From Bacteroidota bacterium (lineage in GTDB: Bacteria; Bacteroidota; Bacteroidia; NS11-12g; UBA955): DNA of 64,000 nt. Location of the stretch: the NCBI GenBank assembly GCA_005798825.1, contig SYIL01000018.1, positions 134,163-198,162 on the forward strand, written 5' to 3'. Position 1 is the stretch's first letter; every line of letters starts with the position of its first letter. Position numbers and translations under genes: made by a program. The notes under the pieces are model-generated. The model saw only the letters and a program-made list of their open reading frames with translations, was not told where the DNA came from and ran no database searches. Shown here piece after piece: positions 58,400-64,000 of the stretch.

Positions 58400-59125
58400 T
58401 TATTTCTTTTGATAGACCGCGATTACACTCAATCCCATAGAATTAAACACCACTTTATCGACCAATTTGAAGAGAGGCGTTAATACATTGTATACTCTCA
58501 TATTCGATTCTGGAATAACTTTTTTTCGTAAAAGAGTACCTACCAGAAACCATCCGAAAATACCGGCAAAATTAAAATACCATGCTTTTACCAATTGGAC
58601 ATTGGCGGGGAAGATGGTCAGTAGTGTTGATTTTGTATACCTTCTGAAATGCTCGAGTGCACGGTCAAAACCATTGTAAAGATGTTGATAGGCTGGAACC
58701 AGAATAACAATATTGCCACCAGGTTTCAAGAGTTTAACCATATTCAACAAAGCCATCTGGTCGTCTTTGATGTGTTCAACAACGTTCAATGCGAAGATAG
58801 CGTCATAGGTCCCAAATTTTTTTGCGTGAATCGTATTAAAGTTTTCACCAACAATATCGATATCAAAGCACTGTTGCGAAAAAAATCTTTTGGATAAATA
58901 GGATCGGTATTGGTCTCTGATATCACTAAGATCAATGTCATGCTTGTTATCAACAAAAAAACAAGAGATATTTCCGATACCACTTCCAATTTCTAAAATT
59001 TTTCCTTTGCAATGGGGCTGAATCTGAGAATACATCCAATGATTAAATTTATCAGCTGCTGCAATAGACCTGAGATTTTCTTCTCCTTCAAAATCAAATT
59101 CCTTAAATTCCCCAATATCCCTCAT
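58400..59125 (-). CDS. Class I SAM-dependent methyltransferase
   Basis: LEIGSGIGN, NVVEHIKDD, LLKPGG, HFRRY. Confidence 0.9.
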   Translation of the reverse strand: MRDIGEFKEFDFEGEENLRSIAAADKFNHWMYSQIQPHCKGKILEIGSGIGNISCFFVDNKHDIDLSDIRDQYRSYLSKRFFSQQCFDIDIVGENFNTIHAKKFGTYDAIFALNVVEHIKDDQMALLNMVKLLKPGGNIVILVPAYQHLYNGFDRALEHFRRYTKSTLLTIFPANVQLVKAWYFNFAGIFGWFLVGTLLRKKVIPESNMRVYNVLTPLFKLVDKVVFNSMGLSVIAVYQKK

Positions 59126-59127
59126 CC

Positions 59128-59844
59128 CTAAAAAAAACGATATTTAACGATACAATAAATAGCCCGAAATCCATCTTTCCAACCAATTTTTTTGCCTTCA
59201 TCAAAGGTTCTGCCGTAATAACTAATTCCAACCTCATATATACGAATGCCTTTAATTTTGGCAATTTTAGCAGTCACTTCGGGCTCAAAACCAAACCGCT
59301 TTTCTTGTAAAGTAAGCGACTTAATCAAAGGTGTACGAAACATCTTGTAACAAGTCTCCATGTCGGACAAATTAAGATTTGTCATCGCATTGCTAAGAAA
59401 TGTGAGCATTTTATTTCCCAAACTATGCCAAAAAAACAATATGCGGTGGGGTTTACCACCGATGAATCGACTCCCAAAAACGACATCTGCATACCCTTCA
59501 ATAATGGGCTTTAATAAAATATTATATTCATTGGGATCATATTCTAAATCGGCATCTTGAATAATCAACACCTCGCCCATGGCTTTATCAATCCCGGTAT
59601 GCAAGGCGGCCCCTTTCCCTTTATTTACCTCGTGGGAAAACCATTGCATGGGGAAATTTGGATTTTCTAGAGCATACTCACGCAGCACAATTGCCGTATC
59701 ATCGGTACTGCAGTCATTCACCACAATCACTTCTTTCTCAAAACCACCGATTAATTCAACTGCGGCAACTTTGTCGAGAATTTTATGAATGGTACGCGCT
59801 TCGTTGAAAGCGGGAATAACAATGGAAAGTATTTTGACATGCAT
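59128..59844 (-). CDS. GT2 glycosyltransferase (DPM1/GtrB-like polyprenol-phosphate glycosyltransferase)
   Basis: IVIPAFNE, VNDCSTD, NKGKGAAL, QDADLEYDP, FGFEPEVT; TAAATTTG promoter element at 59855-59862. Confidence 0.9.
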   Translation of the reverse strand: MHVKILSIVIPAFNEARTIHKILDKVAAVELIGGFEKEVIVVNDCSTDDTAIVLREYALENPNFPMQWFSHEVNKGKGAALHTGIDKAMGEVLIIQDADLEYDPNEYNILLKPIIEGYADVVFGSRFIGGKPHRILFFWHSLGNKMLTFLSNAMTNLNLSDMETCYKMFRTPLIKSLTLQEKRFGFEPEVTAKIAKIKGIRIYEVGISYYGRTFDEGKKIGWKDGFRAIYCIVKYRFF

Positions 59845-60213
59845 GATAATCAGACAAATTTACCACATGCCGATTGAAAATGTTTCTGTATATAAAATTT
59901 TTGCATAAGCCATGATAAATTTTTACAATTCATACCTATAAAATATAGTGTCTAAAACGCACGTTTTCAGCGTCAAATCCATCGGCTTATTCAGGATTTG
60001 AAACGCGAGAATGTAATCGATCCGATCGCCCCTTTAAGATCTTTGGAACCTCGATCTTGTCCCATCGATACATTTGGAAACAACCTATGAATAACCGTGG
60101 GTAGTTCTGTGGATCCATTGTTAATTATACCCTAACTCAATATCATTGATACATTGTAAACAAATCACGAAAACACAAACAGGAAGTATTGCGGTAAGAT
60201 CAAATTCCAAAAG

Positions 60214-60285
60214 TGGTCCCGCCGCGAATCGAACGCGGATCTAAAGTTCCGGAGACTTTCGTAGTATCCATTCTACTACGGGACC
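60214..60285 (-). tRNA. tRNA-Arg(CCG); CCA not encoded
   Basis: GGTCCCG/CGGGACC acceptor stem, GTAG/CTAC D-stem, AAAGT-CT CCG GA-ACTTT anticodon arm, GTTCGATTC T-loop; TATATTTG at 60369-60376 upstream. Confidence 0.96.
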
Positions 60286-60521
60286 AAAAACAGTGAAATT
60301 ATTACCGTTAGATTAAAACCATTATCACCTTGCAATAAATGACAGCGTCCTTCATCATATTACGCTTACAAATATACAAAATTGATCAGAGCATTAATTG
60401 TTCCTAAACTCCGGTAGCTTGACATTCGGCGACTATATTTCTAAAATGAAACATGGTTACTGCCTTTTACAATTTTTCAAAAATACGCGACATACTTCCC
60501 CTAAACCCACTTAGCAACCCA

Positions 60522-63035
60522 TCAATTTTGTAGAAGTGCCCTGCCAGAAGCATCTATCCAAAGCGTCTGTTCACCATTGAGTGCATACCAGTATCCTGGA
60601 AATTCAGTGTCGGTAATTGCGTCGTATTGCAGGGGAACAATAATATCTCCAAAGTTGTTTACAACCCCCCATTTGTCGTTCTTTTTAACCATATATAAGG
60701 ATGGGTATTGAGCCAAAATAATTTCTTGATATAAGGGTTTTAAACTCCATTGCATCGAAGGCAAACATAGCAATCCTATACCATTCGATTTGCTTGCCAG
60801 CCACTCGTTATCGTTTAATCGACTCAAGCCTGTAAGGGTGTCGGACAAAAGCACTTTACTATTGGCGTGGGTAATAAACCAACTGCTGCCAATGGCCTCC
60901 AGTAGGAGCGTATCGGTGAGTTGTTTCAATTCTAAAGATTTAACCCTGCGTACAGTCTTTGTAAATGCATGATATAAAATCCACGTTTTCTTCTGTCGTG
61001 CGAATACCATACCGTCGCCTTGTATTCTGAATTCATCAATAATACCTTTGATGGGCAAATTGAATTCTCCCCTAGAATAATAATAATTCCATTTTTTATT
61101 TTTAAGTAACGCAACGGTGCTCCCGACCAACAGCGCTTTTTCATAAATAGGAGGCACCAAAATTTTGCCCAATGTATCGATGATGCCCCATCCTTTTTGC
61201 TGAACCAAGGTATAGGGTTTGCCAAAATCGACGGTTTCAGAATATTCCGCGCTGCATCGAATAGTATCTCTCCACAAGCAATACCCATTGTTGATTTTTC
61301 CCATGAATCGTCCATACGGGAGGGAGGTCATACTTTCGTATGCAAAGGGAGTTAGGGCATTTCCCAATGTATCGATAAGCGCCCAACTGCCATTCATTTG
61401 AACTGCACATCGGTTGCGAATCCATAATCTTGAAGGAGATTCCGTGGGTTCATTTTCCCAAGTTTCAAAACCGATGGCATCATATTTAGGGAGGGTAGTG
61501 AGCTTGCCAAATTGATTGAATAAGGCCCATTTATTTCCTGTTTTAAGGGCGCCTATATGTTGTGAAACGTCGTAACGGAGATTCTCGAATTTACACGGCA
61601 ATAACTCTTTGCCATTGCTTTTTAGAATACCCCAGCGACCACCCCTTTGTACAAAAGCCATCGATGAGGAAAATTGGTAAATCGTTTCGTAGCTGTTTTT
61701 TGTAAATGGCTTTCCATCCTTTGTGATATAACCAAATTCAATCAATCCAAAGGTATCCACACGCATTACCAGTGCGCAACCGGGTATAAGGGTTGACCCG
61801 TTTTCTACAAAAATACTTTTATCGTTGTGCAAAGCAAATGGATACGCTATTTGAAAATGCTGATCGAGCCAAGGCTCAAGACACACTGAATCTGCATAAA
61901 AAAAATGTGCATTTGCTTTGCGAATAGGAATAGGATTTACAGTAAGCGAGTGTAAAAGAAATTTGGCACGAAAGGTAAGATCAGGTCTTCCCAATGGTGG
62001 GGGCAACTGACTATCAAGAAATTTTTCATAGGCTTCAACCGTGTTTGCCTGCTGCGCTCGCTCAAATGCGATTGCCTCAATTTTTTGGAGAATTGCGTTT
62101 TTTTGCGGTGCTTTGGGATAGGACATAAGAAACCGACGGTAAGAGGCCTCATTGTCTTCAGAAAGTGCTTCCTCAAACTCCCATTGTAACAATGTGTCAG
62201 AGGCGCTTTGAATCATTCTTTTTATTTGCTCATTGGGTTTCTTTGTAATCAACAATTGTTTGTGTCGACTCTGTAATGCACCAATATTCCGAGAGTGCAA
62301 TAGGGAATCGAATTCAAGTCTTTCAATATATTCTTTTTGAAATTCGATGAGTTTAAAATGCGCTCGAAGTGACAGTGATTGAAAAATTTCTGGAGTTTTT
62401 TCTGGATTTGACTTTCTGAGAAGATTGATTCTGATACTTTCGTTTATGGTGTTAATACCTGTTTCATATGCAGCAAGTTGGAGTTGATTCTTTTCAATTT
62501 TGGCCAACAAGATTTTTGCCTTTTCTAGATTAAAATTGGGCTGGGCAGTCCACCATTTCTGGGTAAAATTATACAGCAACGTGTCTGATTTGTTGAAATT
62601 GAGTGCGTATTTTCTTTGAAATTCAATCCATTCCTTTTCGTTGCTGAGAGACCAATATTTCATTGCAAGAAAAGCATTTTCATATTCGGCGTCTGGAGCA
62701 GTATATAACATCCAAATTAAGGCGTTTTTTGCTGCTTGTTCGGGTTTGATGGGTTTTGTTGGGAGCGAAATGGGTGCCATTGGCAAAGCCTCTGTTTTTT
62801 TGAAAACCTCAGACAATTGCGCAGCGCAGTGATATAATACGGGATTGCAACTATCTTTTCCAAATTGAAGTGGAAACAGTATTCCCGCGGCGGAAATCTC
62901 TTGTTTTTTAGCAATCAGCTTGATGACTTTTGTTATTCCATCTGCGTATAGGACTTGCGTATTGAGTAGCCCCGAAAAGAGACAAGATAAGATTATACCC
63001 AATTTCGCAGATTTCATTGCTAAAATCAAGGGCAA
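60522..63035 (-). CDS. WG-repeat (KWG) exported protein
   Basis: Signal peptide and repeats such as GRWGILKSNGKELLPCKFE, GWGIIDTLGKILVPPIYE, DKWGVVNNFGDIIVPLQYD. Alternative start 63020. Confidence 0.85.
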   Translation of the reverse strand: MPLILAMKSAKLGIILSCLFSGLLNTQVLYADGITKVIKLIAKKQEISAAGILFPLQFGKDSCNPVLYHCAAQLSEVFKKTEALPMAPISLPTKPIKPEQAAKNALIWMLYTAPDAEYENAFLAMKYWSLSNEKEWIEFQRKYALNFNKSDTLLYNFTQKWWTAQPNFNLEKAKILLAKIEKNQLQLAAYETGINTINESIRINLLRKSNPEKTPEIFQSLSLRAHFKLIEFQKEYIERLEFDSLLHSRNIGALQSRHKQLLITKKPNEQIKRMIQSASDTLLQWEFEEALSEDNEASYRRFLMSYPKAPQKNAILQKIEAIAFERAQQANTVEAYEKFLDSQLPPPLGRPDLTFRAKFLLHSLTVNPIPIRKANAHFFYADSVCLEPWLDQHFQIAYPFALHNDKSIFVENGSTLIPGCALVMRVDTFGLIEFGYITKDGKPFTKNSYETIYQFSSSMAFVQRGGRWGILKSNGKELLPCKFENLRYDVSQHIGALKTGNKWALFNQFGKLTTLPKYDAIGFETWENEPTESPSRLWIRNRCAVQMNGSWALIDTLGNALTPFAYESMTSLPYGRFMGKINNGYCLWRDTIRCSAEYSETVDFGKPYTLVQQKGWGIIDTLGKILVPPIYEKALLVGSTVALLKNKKWNYYYSRGEFNLPIKGIIDEFRIQGDGMVFARQKKTWILYHAFTKTVRRVKSLELKQLTDTLLLEAIGSSWFITHANSKVLLSDTLTGLSRLNDNEWLASKSNGIGLLCLPSMQWSLKPLYQEIILAQYPSLYMVKKNDKWGVVNNFGDIIVPLQYDAITDTEFPGYWYALNGEQTLWIDASGRALLQN

Positions 63036-63214
63036 ACCCTATGCCATAAAATGACAGTCACTATGTTTTCGACCACACGTAAATGGGAAAGTTTGTCGGG
63101 TTCATGGTTAATGCAACGACCCAACAAAGAATACGCAACCATTAACAGTCCAAATTGAAAGAATGCATGCAAACTTTTTGCGTGCTTGGAGGGGGAACTA
63201 CGCAATGGTTTTTA

Positions 63215-63682
63215 TTAATCAATATCGACCCCTATTGCACGGAAATGCAATTCAATTTTAGGTTCTTTTATTGCATTAATTTCTTCCGCACTTTTGCCAT
63301 CGTCTTTGGCATACTCCTGAAGCATTTCAAGTGAAACGGTATCCTGGTAAAAGTGTCCGTGGGCAAAAAGGGTTTTGTCCTTGCAATCTTTTGCTATCGT
63401 GAAACCGTGGTCAAAATCAACAAATAATTGTTCGGGCTCAGTGTTGTATTTAAACCAACATCCCTCCATTTGACAAACGGCTGCACACGTTCCTGTGAGG
63501 GTAATCTCACCTTTATTTTCATAGCTTTTCCAAGATGCAAGCGCATTTGATACATGAATTGCATTTGATTTGTCGAATGATTTTCCGAAGACCGTGCTGT
63601 CAGAATTTAAATTTTTAGTATTCTGCGAACAGGATGACACCAAAATTAGCAGCACAAATGTCGCTGAGTAAAAGCTTTTCAT
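63215..63682 (-). CDS. DUF4920 family lipoprotein
   Basis: Lipobox VSSC, VCQMEGCW, EMLQEYAKDDGKSAEEI. Confidence 0.8.
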   Translation of the reverse strand: MKSFYSATFVLLILVSSCSQNTKNLNSDSTVFGKSFDKSNAIHVSNALASWKSYENKGEITLTGTCAAVCQMEGCWFKYNTEPEQLFVDFDHGFTIAKDCKDKTLFAHGHFYQDTVSLEMLQEYAKDDGKSAEEINAIKEPKIELHFRAIGVDID

Positions 63683-63723
63683 AGATCAAAATTACTAAAA
63701 AGTGACGCACATTGGAAAAGGAT

Positions 63724-64000
63724 TTAAAACGAAGTTGTTTGCTTTTCGGTATTAAAGATTGCCGCAAGAGCAGTATATCGATAATCAAAAATTTCTTGCA
63801 ACTTTTTTTTGATAAAAAGGGCGTTGGCGATTTTTCCCAAAAAACCGAGTGGAATTTTATAATGCACAATATCCATCATTTCGACACCCGAATCAACCAC
63901 TCTCAAAAAATGTTTGTGGTGCCAGAATGTATAGGGACCAAATCGTTGCTCGTCCACAAAATATTGCTTTTCAGAAACATGGGTAATTTCTGTAACCCAA
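63724..64000 (-). CDS. SRPBCC family protein (5' end outside the window)
   Basis: WVTEITHV..YFVDEQRFGPYTFWHHKHF..MMDIVHYKIPLG..IFDYR. Confidence 0.88.
   Translation of the reverse strand, partial: WVTEITHVSEKQYFVDEQRFGPYTFWHHKHFLRVVDSGVEMMDIVHYKIPLGFLGKIANALFIKKKLQEIFDYRYTALAAIFNTEKQTTSF

Noticed and set aside
60214-60285. tRNA-Arg as the attachment site of an integrated element
   Set aside because: No integrase and no second copy of the tRNA 3' end seen in the window.
63100-63190. Structured ncRNA between the WG-repeat gene and DUF4920
   Set aside because: Only short imperfect stems (e.g. gcatgcaaa/tttgcgtgc), best explained as a terminator; no family motif recognised.
101-63869. Many short antisense or alternate-frame ORFs in the track (e.g. 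6025-6372, 13027-13455, 25706-26326, 47169-47573)
   Set aside because: They shadow well-supported genes on the opposite strand or another frame and show no recognisable motifs.

Overview
A 64-kb core-genome window from a member of the Bacteroidota. This is supported by TAnnTTTG promoter elements, a T9SS C-terminal sorting domain, TamL, and a Bacteroidota-style dcw cluster; I cannot place the lineage more finely. Background GC is roughly 35-42% by spot counts. It contains murI (partial), two skp genes, rpsF-rpsR-rplI, rpmH-rnpA-yidD, an Oar-like TonB-dependent receptor, metG, trmH, tamL, clpC, dnaB, htrA, dapF, lipA, the mraZ-to-ftsZ dcw operon, several glycosyltransferases and tRNA-Arg(CCG). 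I saw no IS element, integrase, prophage or CRISPR array. The most unusual signals are: (1) one ORF fusing an ECF sigma factor to a membrane-spanning anti-sigma-like module, divergent from HtrA and coupled to dapF; (2) a ~7-kb higher-GC block (part of rpsF to metG) that looks like a recombined or chimeric segment; (3) inside it, an apparent deletion scar that removed the MetRS C-terminal domain and left a nonsense-mutated remnant of a lamin-tail-like secreted protein; (4) many large in-frame insertions in core enzymes (MurG, MurC, DapF, a GT4); (5) a GATC-dense intergenic region beside the tRNA with weak origin-like features. All family calls come from motif recognition by eye; no database search was run.
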